This document shows, in pieces, positions 1-14,000 of a stretch of DNA of 64,000 nt (position 1 is the first letter of the stretch; each line of letters starts with the position of its first letter). The notes below the pieces were generated by a model. The model saw only the letters and a list, made by a program, of their open reading frames with translations. It did not search any database and was not told the DNA's origin. Source of the stretch: Trichoplax sp. H2 (taxonomy: Eukaryota); the NCBI GenBank assembly GCA_003344405.1, contig NOWV01000016.1, positions 248,001-312,000 on the forward strand, in the 5' to 3' direction. Made by a program: the position numbers and the translations under genes.

Positions 1-2
1 AT

Positions 3-232
3 ATTACTGGATAGTATTATTATTTAACGTAGAATTTTTATAAACTAAGACTTATAAAGGAAGAAGTGATAGACAATATCTTGTATGGAAACTATTTCTT
101 TCTCGCTAGATACTTTTATCTATCATATTTTCATGAATTACTGGACAGTAATGTTATTTAATGTAAAATTATTATAAACTAAGATTCATATAGGAAGAAG
201 TGGTCGATAATGTGTTAAATGGAACTCTTTCT
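3..232. repeat. Degenerate ~135-bp tandem duplication (intronic, LIM gene)
   Basis: ATTACTGGA.AGTA.T.TTATTTAA.GTA.AATT..TATAAACTAAGA...GGAAGAAGTG at 3 and 138. Confidence 0.7.
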
Positions 233-1274
233 AACTGAAATTGTAAAATATAACACCAATCAATAAAATAATTTATATTTCCCTATAAAAATAGGACAGT
301 ATATTTATCTATCGTTAAGTATCTTCATTATTTTTGAGCAATATTACTTTTTAACCTCAAATTTTAGAGGTAAAGAAGAGTAAAAGTAAGAATAGATGGG
401 TACGGTAATGTATATTATAAGAATAAAAATTTGTTAGATTAAAAATACAGACTATAATATCAATTGATATAACGATTGTTTTTCCTCTTTTATAAATGCA
501 TATGTTTATCTATCACTAAATTTCGCCTGTAATAAGGGGGCAATATCAATTTTAATCTAGAATTATTATGAAATTAGAGTGATAAAATAAGGACTGATCG
601 AAAATACATAAAATCATAGCCTAAATACCACAAACTATAACATCAAGAGCTATTTCCTCAGACAAGAAATCGTATATAACTAATACAATTTCTCGTATTC
701 TATACAAATGTTGTATGAGATTTAAGAAGATCGCTGTTCAAAGTTGTAAATTTAAATAAAATTATTCAATGGTGTCTAGGAATGAAATCAGTATTTCTTC
801 TATTTTTTTTGGAGAGGGATTTACATGTTCTCTGTCTATATCAAAACAATCTATCCTTCTATTGCAAGATTACTTTCTATTTTGATTAAACTGAATTGAG
901 CATTCATACGAAAGAAAGAAAGAAATTCCCTTATGACGAAATTAGATGATGTATTTGCAATTGAAAGAAAAGGAACATGTATTGTAACAGTAGATTGGAT
1001 GTATTGAAAGATTAATATGGATAGATAATGGACAAGAAAGTTAATCGACTACTTGACAAAATGACATGTAAAAAATAAAAAGTTTTCAATGGGCATTCAA
1101 AGAATAAAACGGCAGACAGGATGGAAATTGAAAAAATAATAAGAGGGGAGACTCTGATAAAATACTTTAAAAGACAAAAAAAGTATAGGAAATCAATTTA
1201 ATAGCAGTTGTGACATTGATTAGCTATGTCTACGTTATGAGTATTGCCATGATTACAATTACTTAGACACCTAC

Positions 1275-1513
1275 TTGAAATAATCGGTCCTACAAAAGAT
1301 GTTGCCTTGCTTAACATAGCAACTTTGATCTTTATCTAATGGTTCATTGCAGTCATAGCATCGCAAACATTGTATGTGCCATTTTTTGTCGGTTTTTTGA
1401 ATACCCAGATATTCTTGATCCATGATACTACGACCACAGCCAGCACAGTATTCATTAAGTCTTCCCAGTGGATGACGATGATGATGAGCATGAGTTGTTA
1501 GTTCATTAAGCAA
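1275..1513 (-). CDS. Exon encoding LIM domain 1 of a LIM-homeobox-type transcription factor (most like Arrowhead/Lhx6/8; Lhx2/9 or Islet possible); gene continues beyond the left edge
   Basis: Translation LLNELTTHAHHHRHPLGRLNEY-CAGC-x18-H-x2-C-x2-C-x2-C-x18-C-x2-D-YFK is a complete double zinc-finger LIM motif. Acceptor ttaatag| at 1514-1515 and donor AA|GTAGGT at 1274, directly after DYFK. The homeodomain is not in the window, so LMO is not formally excluded. Confidence 0.85.
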
Positions 1514-3000
1514 CTATTAATATCATAACAGAGGGAAGAGAAGGTAGATAGAATTAGTAATTTATTTATCGTACTAAATTGAACGTATTTATACAGTAGT
1601 TTACGATTAATAATCTATTCGCTATATTGACGGCATCATGAAGATCGTTAGTATCATCCTTTTTCATATTACTTGAATGTAGGATTTAGATGTTTGAGAA
1701 ATAGCAAGAGAATGGAGAAAATATGGTTTGATAGTTATACTATTAGTTAAAATAATATTCGATAAATTGATTACAGAATTTGTTGTTGGGAGTTGAATGA
1801 TATTGAGGGAACATGATGACTAGATCTTGATCGCTATCATAGCTAATATCAGGTGATAAGGTTAATCCAGAATTTATATTTTATAATATAAATTGATTAT
1901 CCTTGAAAGGCTCAATATAGAATTTTATGGTTGGTAAACATTAATTGATATTCTGGAAGCTTGATACGGAAATTCTGTTGCTTGTAAACTAAAATGATTA
2001 TTTTTGAAAAGCTCAATATCGATATTTTTATACCTAGCAGTACAGATCCATTATCGTTTGTGTATCTCGAGGCTATAACATAACTAGTGAAATGAAGATA
2101 TTCAAAACCGATGCGATCAATTTTAGAATAAACATCATCATTACGATTGGAAAGAAATTCATGTTATGCCCTTTATCAAGCGATATTTATAGTTAGTAGA
2201 ATAGATAGGATCGTTTTAGCGTTCGATGTCGGAGAAATTGCCCTGGTAAGACCTATCTATACCTTCTGAAGTACGACTAGTGATTAGCATTTACCGTTCA
2301 AAAATTTGACGTTAACAACAATATAATTAGACTAATGCTGTTATAATCAGATTGATGTCATTTTATTACCATGGCTATATCATTCAGTTGCGTCGTTTAA
2401 GTTGTCTAATATGCTATAACTGAGATGATCATCAAACAATTAAATGTGATTTTTGAAAGGGATTGTATCCAATAATTAAAGGAAATGTCATCATTTTTTT
2501 TCTACTTTTATACAAAATCAATTCATTCTTTGATATTTGATGACTTGTAAATCGCTAGAGTATAAAATCGCCCATCAACATAACAATTTTTAATTTCGAT
2601 TATGGATATATTATCATTTTATAGAGACAATATCTGTAAAAAGCAAGATACAAATATGTTGAAAAGTATCGAATGAATCTTTCAACATTTTCTCTTCAAA
2701 TTCTCGACAGAACATGGACTATTTTCACGTTGGTTAGGATAGAGATATTCAAATCAATACCTTTAGTATTGTAATAAAATAGTTTAGCTATCCAGATGAA
2801 AAGATGTAAAACAGCTGCTACGGATTAACAAAAAATTTTAAAATACTCTCAAGTATTGAAATGGAAAGTAATGGATTTGATTGACTATTTTGATTGTTAT
2901 TGATGACAATTGATTAAATAATAACATATGGAATCCACTATCAGGATTAAATTAAAAATTGTACAATATCGTTGCTAGAACTAACACTTGGCCAACTTAC

Positions 3001-3008
3001 TGAATAGC
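3001..3008 (-). CDS. Candidate 8-nt microexon (GCTATTCA) of the LIM gene
   Basis: tttgctag|GCTATTCA|gtaagt converts the phase-1 donor at 9873 to the phase-0 acceptor at 1513, giving KQ-G-Y-S-LLNE in frame. Confidence 0.3.
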
Positions 3009-3479
3009 CTAGCAAATTGAGGCTACTGTTGCCATGATTGAATTAAGATGAATTTACTTAAAATGGCTTAAAGTAGAGCTACTATCCATCTATTGTTTAA
3101 CCTACTTCCATTACCGAATGATGATGTTCGTAATGGCTACAAGATGATTACTGCTAGGGTTAAGTTATTAAGTAGGAAAGAAGGGAGTCATGGCCATGTT
3201 ATGATGAGAGCAATGGAGTGTAGAAAATCAATTTCCCTCTGCACTTTAGTTTGTTGATTACGATAGTAGACAAGGACAAAACTTTTGTCTTAAGAGGACC
3301 ATTACATTAAGTGAGGGTCTTTCTTATTTCAAGAATTGGTATTAAGAATAGGAGTAATAATAAGTTATTTTGATATCTAGGGGAAAGTATTTTAAACTTG
3401 AATCATTTTACTTGCGGCGAGATTGATTTAATATCAAGCAGATCATCAGCTGTAGATGAGTCAAAAATAACTGATGTTT

Positions 3480-3985
3480 ACCATTGAATGACCAAAAACG
3501 TTCACTTCTAAGTTCAATTTCCCGAATCGTAAAATGAAAAATAATCATTCTATCCTGAGAACTATTATGATCGATGGATCATTATTGCTGAATTGATCAT
3601 AAACAAAAAAAATACGCTAACAACTACTGTAAGTTTAATTTCATGATGAGTAGAAAGAAAAGTAACCATTCTATCCTGAGAACTATTGCGATTGACAAAT
3701 ATTTATTGCTAAGTTGGCATGAACAAAGAAGTACGCTTACTTATATGCTCAATTTCCGAATTAGTAAAAGGAAAAGCAATCATTCTATCCTGAGAATTAT
3801 TGCGATTGTAGAATATTTATTGCTCAATTGCCATGGATTACATATCAAGAATAGCAGTTACACTTTCTTCTAAGCTTGATTTTCTGATCAGTAGAAGGAA
3901 AAGTAATGCTATCTGGACGATTGTAATAGAATAAGAGAACTATTGTGATCGATGTGAATTTATTTCTCAATTAGCATGGATTGCA
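3480..3985. repeat. Degenerate ~115-120-bp tandem repeat, ~4 copies
   Basis: CATTCTATCCTGAGAA.TATT..GAT at about 3546, 3668 and 3781, plus a decayed copy near 3935. Confidence 0.75.
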
Positions 3986-4254
3986 CGTTAAGAAGGGCAG
4001 GAATAGGTACATCTACAAATATCTAATATCCTAACAAGTCGACAACTGGTGAAACTGCAGGTTGCTGCAATCACCTTCGTTTTCACTGTCCATCAAATGA
4101 TTCTGATAGTTTCAATTAAGTTAACAATTTTACAATCAGGGAAAATGATTATACAAGCATTCGATGGGAAAAATCATCAAAATAAGCTTCATCGTGATAT
4201 TACAATGGTCCATAGGAAGAAAACAAAACGTCAATTTAACTTCCACTATTTTCC

Positions 4255-5745
4255 AAAATGCAGAGGATATTGTCAATATTACCGTGAACGATATTGACTT
4301 TTGCCTCCTTAAATAAGTCGTTAAAGATGAGTCATTTTTAGTGCTATTTTTATTCTGAATGGAATATCAAGGTTTAGGGCAACAAATAATATGTTTAATC
4401 AATGACTACTGAATAGGAATAAAAATATTCTGTCTGAAATTAACCTTGAAATCAATATTCAGTCAATTTCTTCTGCTATTAAAAGAATATTGTCAATATC
4501 ATCGCGGAAAATATTGACCTTTGAATCCTTTGAAATGATCTATTGACTGCTATGAGTCGATCATCAAGCATTTCCGAATGTGTATCAAGATTTATGGCGG
4601 AAGAAATACAAGTTCAACTACTATTGAAGTCAGAGAGTATAGGACTCAGTATTAAGGAAGAAATAAATCATTCAAAACACGGTGATTAATCTATCCAAAT
4701 AAGAAAAAAGGATTGATACTATCATGATAGATATTTCATATCGCTCAAGATGGTCGCTTTACCGCTATGAATCCGTTAGTAATATGGTTACGGGATGGAA
4801 AAATACAAGTTGTACTACTATTGAAATCAGAGGCCAAATATTAGGGTAAAAATGAAACATTTGAAGGCAATGAATAAACTATCGAAATCAAGTGTATTGT
4901 CAATATTATTATGAAAGATGTTGACCTTTGCCGCCTTTAGAGATGATCAATTTGCTACTCTCAAGCCAGTCAATTGCTAATCTCTGTAAGGATATCAATA
5001 TTTATTGTAGAAAAAATAACTACATGAGTTCAACGAATTTGTTAAAGTATTTGCAGAGAATAAGACCTACATTATCCTACGAGCTATTGATCATTGCTCT
5101 AGCTCTCAATTTTTTGTTAATATTCCTTAATAACAAGAATATATTATCGAAATTGGGGTAATTTTCCAGTCCTATGACGACTAAAACACGGTATCAAAGC
5201 TAGGATAAAAGTCCATTCAAGTTCTACTATTATTTTGAGTTATAGTAGTCATGATTGCCGCTCGTTGTCCATATTGTTAAATAAGCATCAAAATTTAGAG
5301 AAGAAAAATGTCCATTTGTGTCCTCCTAGTACTAAAATTGGAGGGTATATTCTTAAAATTAAGGTAAACATCTATTCTATAGTGGTTCTACTGCTTTTAG
5401 CAATGGAAGATATATTATCGAATTGAGGGTAAACGTCCATTCTAGTTCAACTGCTACTAAAGTTCAAGGATCAATTCTCAAAATTAGGCTAAACATCTAT
5501 TCTAGTCCTACTGCTATTAAAATTGGACGGTATATTGTGAATTGAAAAGAATCTTGTCAGCAATATCCCTAAAGAAGATATCGACTTCAGCCGGCTTGAC
5601 TACGCTGCTGAATATCATGCAATGAAAGCTCATGACCAGTTGTAAACATCTCTAAATCATTATGAAAATTGAGGATGGAAAAACATCTATTCAAGTAGTA
5701 TTGTTATTGAATAATTGGAGGTTATATTGTCAATATTATCGTAAA
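4255..5745. repeat. Mixed degenerate repeats, including a ~60-bp unit array at ~5135-5540
   Basis: TATTGTCAATAT recurs at about 4268, 4488, 4896 and 5725; AAATT.AGG.TAAACATCTATTCTAGT..TACTGCT units recur every ~60 bp. Confidence 0.55.
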
Positions 5746-6234
5746 CGCTATCTTCGCTTTGATGATTCAACGGACTTTAAGAAGATCAGTATTCGTTATT
5801 TATCAGTTCATGGTTATTATTCGACATCGAAATTGACTCGCAAAGCTAATTTAAACTAGCAAAGTTTGACAAGGCAGTAGAAGCAGCCTATTGAGACTTG
5901 ATTTCTATCTTTCAAATGGCTTCCTTTACTTTTATCTATCTTTTTCAGCGCAGACTATTCCATCTGTTGGAAGATTCTTATCTCCTCTTCATATTCGAGT
6001 ACAATAATAGCAATCAACAAACTGTAGGGGATATTGGCTACTATTAGTCTAAATAGTAAACATTAAGCCCCCTGTCATAGGCTTTTCACCGATCCTATTG
6101 AATCCACTGTTAGCGAATGCTAACTTTAAATCCTACTCTTGAATAGCTTCGAAGTAATCGGCAATGTATTAAGAACGAGTTTAGCTTAGCTAGCAACAGC
6201 TACGAAGCTAAGCAATTTTCCTTCTGGTATGATT

Positions 6235-6735
6235 TCGTCATGGATTTCCAGATCTAGTAGTCCATGATGTACAAGTCTATACTTGCATTAACGAGTTCAA
6301 CTAACTAGCAATAGCAAACCAAGTACGCCATTATCCTTGTTATGATAATTTATTCTACTTTCCAAGTCACTATGGTTTCATTACGGACTTCTAGATCTAG
6401 AAGTCTATAATCTGCAAGCCGGTGGTTCCATGGACGAGTTCAACTAACTAGCAGTAATATACGAAGTTACGCGATTATCCTTCTGTTATGATGAGTAAAT
6501 CTACTTTCAATGTCATCTATGTTCTATTAATGAGTTCAACGAACTAGCAATAACTTACTAAGTTATGCGATTATCCCTCTAATATGATGAATTATTTTAT
6601 TCTCTATGTCATCAATGTTCACAATTATTATAAATTCCTAGATCTAGAAGTCTATGAGTCCATTGACAAGTCTAACGAATGAGCAATAATATACAAAGTT
6701 ACGCGATTATCCTTCTGTCATAATGAGTTATTTCA
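6235..6735. repeat. Degenerate tandem repeat, ~95-145-bp unit, ~4 copies
   Basis: GAGTTCAAC.AACTAGCA.TA...AAGTTA.GCGATTATCCT at about 6293, 6437, 6531 and 6667. Confidence 0.75.
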
Positions 6736-9700
6736 ATTTCCATATCATCTATCTTCAACTTTATAATTAAAAAATTAAGAATAGAAAAGGGATAAGAAAA
6801 TGTATCTTACGGTCTACTATCGTACAATGTAGTAACCTGAGATGACACAGTATCATGTCCTATTTTCGAATAACATTAGTGTGTCTTGCTAGTCTCTTCC
6901 ACTTCGATAATTTTATTAATGAGAATGGAATAGAGAGGGTTAGGGTATTAAGTAGTCGTTACAAGTCATTGCATATTTGGAAAAGAGAAGGAAAATACTA
7001 TAGAAATGAGTTGATGATTCTTGCCACAAGAAAACATGAGACGGCATTATAGCAAACTTAGGTAGAAGTCATGATGGGGGGCGTATTGATTTTTACAACT
7101 AGAATTCCCTTGACAATTTTTTAATTATTTTTGAGGTAAATACCTCCACTTGATATCGATTGTCAAGTCGACGGCATGAATACAAGCTTTGATGCATTAA
7201 TATCGATAGATGTATCTATTTCTACCATTGGAGTAGTATTTCCATTTAATTTCCCATCTTTGGTCGGTGATGAAATGATTGCTATGGAAATATCAACGGA
7301 ACGAATGATAACTGTGTCTGGTTTTATAGCTACAACAGTTGCATTTAATTTTCCATCTTTGTTCAAGGATTGAGTAATGCAATTTACTTTCAGCCAATTG
7401 TAAAGTCGACAGCATTGATGACTAACTTGGAGACACAAATTAGGATAGCTACATCGAGTTGTATAGCTAGAATAGTTCAATTCTTTCATCAAGAATTAAG
7501 TACTACAACGTAGATTGATCTATTAAGCGGTATTCAAGCAAGCTTATATCGAGACATTAGTCGCCAATAATTTGCACTATTGGGATAGGACGAGTATTTC
7601 ATGGCCAAGGGCTATTTTCAATGATTTGGTTTGCTATTTATACATTGACTCTAATTCGATTGAACGAGTCCAATTGAATCAAAAGAATACGAGATGTTCT
7701 ATAAATTAATGATTAATTTGTCATTTTTTTTTCTCAAAGGGTTTAAATTCTTATTATAATAGTCAAGACATTATTTATTGTCTCAAATCATGCTCCATCA
7801 CTCACGATGTCTATCCAAATGCACTTATCAACTTAACCGATAATACTTGACTTGGGAGTAATCAACTACTAGGTTATATATAATTAATTTACCAATTGGA
7901 CTCAAAATCAATTTTTATCATGATTAGAGTTTAATGAAGTCTAGCCAATGCTAACTAGTTCAAAACAACAATAAAATACAAGATGCAAAGTGGCTATCTT
8001 ATCGACTAACTATCCCTAGCCAAGGTAAATATGAAATAAATAAGAATAGGGTCTAGATGATAGGGTAATACTCGTATATGAATCCATTTCAACTAGCCCT
8101 CCTATTTTGGGAATAATAGGGATTGTAACCATGGAAGAATATTTCTATTTCATGAGTGGTGGTAAGAATTAAAAAAAGTAAAGAAAAAAGTAATGGTAGA
8201 ACAAAATGATGAGTGGTCAATAAATGAGGTAAGAAGGGAGAAAAAAAAGATTTAGAGTAAATCGCTCAATCATCTTGTTCATGTTATAGAGATCGTTTAT
8301 GAAATGGAGAGAGTACGGCAACTATTTCATAGCTTATATCAAGTAAATGAGGGATAAAAGAACCCCAAACTATTCTAGTCAGGAGGTATTGGCAGACTTA
8401 AATCATGAGTTGACAATGCCATCATTGGATAAATTTAATATTATGCAAACTGTAAAGTATAAATAATTATACAATGACAGTAAACGACTTTAGTTGGTCA
8501 GGAATAATCAACATGGCTGAAATAGATGCAAAATCGATTCTACGAATGGTGATCAAATCTCCTTTTAGACTGATTGCTATGTCTTCATAGTGAGGGTTAT
8601 TGAATGATATTAAGGTTCACTAAGATAGTCTAGAAAGATTAATCCTAATGAACAAATCAAGTAAGATTGGAAAATAAAAAGTTGCAAAAGTTGAATTTTC
8701 TATTTTCAGTTGTCCTATCCTTAATAGAAATATTATTTTTTAACATCTTGAAGGTGATGTCAAAAAATTTTCAACTGATGAAATTATCGTTAAGCTAGGC
8801 TACGAATCACTTTAGCATTCTATTTCATGATTGAACTGTATGATTTTTTTCTTTCCATGTCAAGGACTAATCTTTTGACAACGTACTGCAAATGGATATG
8901 ACAACATCTCCTTGATTAGTCTTGTAGACGGGAGGGGAAAATGAAGAGGAGCTGTTGGTTGATCAATCTACCGTAATGATGACAACCGGTCTTGCTAGTA
9001 TCCCCTGTTTGTCACTTTTAACTACACTCTTTCAGCAAGGGATTGCTTTAGTTATGGAATGGATTTAGATAAGAGTTGATAGGAGGGATGGATAAAATTA
9101 GAACTAGTTGCAAAGTTCTTTTTCTATGTTATAACTTGTCTGATTGAGATGGAGGGCGATAACTAAACACAGGACAATGTTTGCTCGTTGTCGGTATACC
9201 ATAATCATTATTGAATAGATGATAGCAAGTAAAAAGTATAGATTGATCGATGGATTGACTATCAAATTATCGATGACTAATAAATTGAACCGTAATTTTT
9301 GATAAACATGAATGCAAACTCTAAAGTGAAACAAGTTGAAATGATCGATCAATTCAATTAAAGATAGATCAATGGATTGATAGTAGGAATTAATTTGCAT
9401 TGAATGTTATTATAGTGTCAAAATTTGGGGGAAAGCAAAATAGATGAGAGAATCGCCCAATTCAACTCGTATTTCATAATTAGTCATCAAGAATGTCATC
9501 ATCTTCATCTTCCCTCCTCTACTATGTCATGATTGCTACCCGTCACACCTTGTACATCAACTTAATTATCATCTAATCAAATACTGCCAAAAAAAAAGGA
9601 TACGCTCGTAGTTTAGAAATAATTGATACCGACTACAATTTAATTTAACAGGAGTGACTTTACTTCTGTCTTGTTGGAAAAGGGCTAGAATGGAAATAGC

Positions 9701-9872
9701 TTTGGTAAGGCCTGGCCTATCAACGGTTATTCTCTTGCGCGTAACAACCGTCATTTTATTTTAAAAGTACTTTAAAATATCTAACTTGAAAGATTCGATT
9801 GTTATTGTGATATAGAATATATCAAGTTATAGCTAGACAAGTAAATTGAGCAGGTCTGAAATTGGTCTAGAC

Positions 9873-10023
9873 CTTGTTTGATAAAGTAATTTGTCTTATT
9901 GGACATTACCGTATCATCGTTGTAAGATCCTCCAGTTTCAGAAATTGCATCACTTGTAGAACTAGGAGTCGTTTGAATTGGAATTTGACCACCAAGTCCA
10001 GTAATATGATCAGGAGCATCCAT
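9873..10023 (-). CDS. Probable first coding exon of the LIM gene (MDAPDHITGLGGQ...NYFIKQ)
   Basis: ATG at 10023, 50 S/T/G-rich codons, then phase-1 donor AAG|GTCTAG. Similar weak donors are used in the ninein (AAG|GTCTAT) and SLC44 (GAG|GTCTGT) genes here. It is preceded by a plausible 5'UTR intron 10125-10296 (GG|GTAAGT ... tttttcaatcctag|). Confidence 0.5.
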
Positions 10024-10994
10024 TTTGCAAGTGGAATATCCGGCCTATTGTTGGATCAAGAGATAAAGTTATAATAGTGTTATGTGATTGTTCATTGCTA
10101 AATTGACATGAGACAAATTGCGTCCTAGGATTGAAAAAATAATTTTGTCTTGATGGTCATTGCTCTATCGATATCGATCGATAGTTGTAGAATAAAATGA
10201 ATTCTTTCTCATTGGAACAGATTATTAAGTAAAGAATCAAGCGTTCAAGAGGTAGAAAAATATTTTATCCTAATCGAAGCACGTTGTCTAACTTACCCTT
10301 TTCGAACTCGACGGTCAATTTTGTTTTGATTGCTTTGATGACTATGTTGCAGGAAAAAAAATGGGATAAGAAAATGGACTACTAATGTCGATGGAGAAGT
10401 GATAATGTAGATAAACAGGGCCGAAAGTGAGAGAAAGAAGGCGCAGAAAATTAATATTAAAATGATAGCCAAGAGAGAGAGAAAGAATAAAACAGTAGTC
10501 TCCTAGTTAGCAGTATTATTCAAGAGACAGATGGAGAGATTGAAGATTGTCTACTAGGACAAATGTTTGAGTAACAACAAGACAACAGATCTAAAGAAAT
10601 TGTAATTTTAACCTATTTTTCTCTCTATCTAATCTACTGTCTAACTTCTGTACATGCTTGGCGTTGAAATAAAGCAAAACGTAAACTATAACTTGCTTGT
10701 CATAGAAAAGTATTAGAATAGTAAAGTGATGGAAAGAATAGAAAATGATCGATGGCCTATTGTTGACTACAAGATGATCTCCTTGACTTGCATTCAATTA
10801 ATTAAATGGGTGGATCTTGTTACTTTTTTGTCATGTTATTACCATCACATGCTAGCCGATCATATCAGTCATTGGTTGTAGGCCACTTACAATATTTTCA
10901 AGCGTTGTTCAAATGTTACAACTTTACAACATTGATATAGACACCTCTGAAAGGAAAATACTGCAACGGGGGGAGGAATGATTTTCAGCTCGTA

Positions 10995-11030
10995 TACATT
11001 ACTCTCTCTCTCTCTCTTTATATAAATAGA
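10995..11030 (-). promoter_or_regulatory. Putative TATA box followed by a (GA)n tract upstream of the LIM gene
   Basis: Minus strand reads TATTTATATAAAGAGAGAGAGAGAGAG about 0.7 kb upstream of the 5'UTR donor at 10296. Further GA-rich tracts lie at about 10430-10490. Confidence 0.3.
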
Positions 11031-14000
11031 CCTCAATGGCTACGGCTATTATTTCTTGAAACAGTAATTTTTTTGATTTTCTATCATCTTTATTCTCTTA
11101 GAATGATATCCTGATGGTTATTGATAATGTTAAATAAGAAAGAAAATAAAAATAGCGATATAAAACAGGGGGGTACTTTTATTTATATAGACGTTGTTGG
11201 AAGAAAAATACGACTTGAAGATAATATGGAGATCATTTTCAGTTATTTCTTATTTTTTTTTACCTTAACCTGGAACGGAATATTGGCTCCGATCTACGTG
11301 CTATTCAATTATAAGGTCTTATGGATTACTATTCTATGGAGTGATTTAACTTTGTTGAAATAATAGGCTAGGTGTATTCTGACAATTGACTAATTTTTGG
11401 GATTTTAATTTTTCCACTCTTTATTATATTGGATTCAACAACCTTTCCAATTCTACATTTTATCTGATGTGTTATTGCACTATTTTACATCTAGTTTAAT
11501 AAACTACCATGTATCATTTTGCTAACTTATTGAAAGCCAAGTTAATTAACTCAAAATGATACTTCCTTGAATTGAAAAAAAAAAATTTCAAATAATGTAG
11601 ACAAGGAAAATGCAATCGAGTCGGAAGTGGTCAAACAGTAGATGTATCATTGCAACAATCATCTAATAATCGCTATCCTCTTGCAAAGAATACATTAATA
11701 ATCATGACTATAGTTATGATGATTTGGATGGAAAGAAAAGGGGATGAAATTTCAACACTATCAATAAAGAATTAAATTACAATTCAGATTGAATTGATTA
11801 AATTGATTGGCACATGTCTAGCGCCCAGTGTGACAACATTATGACAATTACATGTCAAAAAGCACACCTTAACCTATTGTCGCCAACTATTTGCTTACTA
11901 CTTTACAATCCAATCGTTTCAGTAGCTTCCATTTTTTCATCTCCTCATGCTACTTGAATTATTTCTTCATCTATTTTCAACAGGCAAATATAGACGCCTT
12001 GACGCGACATACATTACACACATATAAATATTAAACTATACATCAAAATAGTGCTTGATGATAAATTTTCGAATACTATTAACCTATGCAATCACTGTTA
12101 TTCTACTAGTTTATCCTACTGCTAGACGACTCGTACCTTGATTTTGAGTAAATTGGAGCCTTCCTTTCTATACGGTTATATACGTTATTATTGTTCTAAT
12201 AGAGAGTGGATCATTTTTTAGTAGCCATGATAGAATAACACTCTCTAGCTTTTATTCTCTCCCTCTCTAGTACCTAGCAAATATAGATAGATACTTTAGG
12301 AAATTGCTCTGGTGCAAATGAAATTATGCACCAACTCCAACTTTTTTATTTTTTCAATAACAACAACAACAAAATAACTTTATTACTCTTATATAAGAAA
12401 GGATTCCAATCTATCTTTTCTTTTTCAATCCGATTTTCAACAGTTAATCCAATTGATGTCCGCCTCCATCTTATTTTACAATTAAGTTCAAGGCGTCAAT
12501 ACTTGAACTTGTTGTCGCAATGGCTAACAAAAGCAAAGAGATCAACTGAATCATGTCTAGTTAAAGTTATGATTTGATAGATCATCTCCAGATCATAACC
12601 CCCCTAAGATAACAATCATAATCGTACTATCGAAATAATACATAAAGAAAGGTTAGGACAGCCTTGAAGATTTTTTCCTTTCTCTATATAGATCAAAGCA
12701 TTGACACCAAATAAAATATTGCCCAAGGGCAAAAGTGCAACCCTTGAATAGCAGTATTGACATAATGAATAGCTTAATTTTTGCCTACTTCAAATAGCTC
12801 TTGGCTACAAATGCCGATTTTATTCTTTCCTTCTATTCTATTCTATCCTCCTTTATTTTATTATTTTTTTATTTATTTTTCTCCTCTTCTATTCTATAAT
12901 TCTTTATCAATTAGAAATTATTTCTCTTCATATCTTAATATTATTTGTTACGCAACAGCAACAATCACCTGCTTGTATAAATTCAGCTAATTTAGATATA
13001 TGTTTGCATACTGATTCAATAGAGAATTCATGATGTTGACTATAGCTCATTTCCAATGTTATTGTTTGAACCAAAATAATTTCCCTCCCTTCTCCTCCTC
13101 CGCCTTTCCTCCCCCCACCCCCTTACCTTCGTCGGCCCCATTTTAAAACTTTTACAACGCCAACGGATTATCATAGCATCGTTGTAACTTATCTAAACTC
13201 AGTGTATATACATGATGTAACACTCGTTAAATTGCTTTCTCAGGATATCGAGATTGTTGTTGGCAGGCGTTGTTATGATCCATTGTGATTATTTGAAATA
13301 AATAGTCTACTTTATCTTACAGCCGCATGGAATTAATGGTAAAATAGTAGCTAATCATTATCATATAATTTTATCACGGAAGTGATTATTTCTAAGATTA
13401 CTACGATTAATAACTAAAGAAGGATTTGTCAATATCATGAATGCGATGCACGACATAGAAAATGGAATAAAATGTGGTCATTTTGTTACTTAGCACTATT
13501 CTAGATTTTATTACGGAAATTTAAATTATAATTTAACGGATATCAATAGGTACCGTATCGAATAGATGTTTTTTTCTTATTATACGTAATCCGTATCCGC
13601 TAAACGATATGTAAAACTATTGGTATAATATATTGCCATTTTAGTAGCATGAACAGTAGTCGCTGAGTAAATGCAAGTTTTAGTCTTTTATTAATCCTAC
13701 TAGAGATTGTTGTTGCAATCAGAGTATCCTCATGCAAAAGCTGGAGAAATAAAACATAAAGCAGATTGCTGCTAACAAGTTTACTCTGTCACTGTAAGAT
13801 TGCAGATGCCTAATAATGCGACAACAATATTCTAATTTTACATGATCCTGCCAATCTTGCATGCATGACTACTGGAAGAACGGTAAATATGTCATCGTGC
13901 AACCTATCGATAAAATAAAATAATACAGTGGATTCGTTATATAGATTATATCCTCGTATAATTTAATTTTACGAATCTAATGGTATCGATTAAAAATGAA

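Noticed and set aside
3480-6735. Regularly recurring short motifs that superficially resemble a CRISPR array
   Set aside because: The sequences between motifs are also homologous, the units are degenerate, the context is eukaryotic and intronic, and no cas genes are present.
7163-7492. 109-aa minus-strand ORF with a repeated KDGKLN, also open on the + strand
   Set aside because: No convincing splice sites or recognisable domain; the repeat reflects a short DNA duplication (CATTTAATTT.CCATCTTTG).
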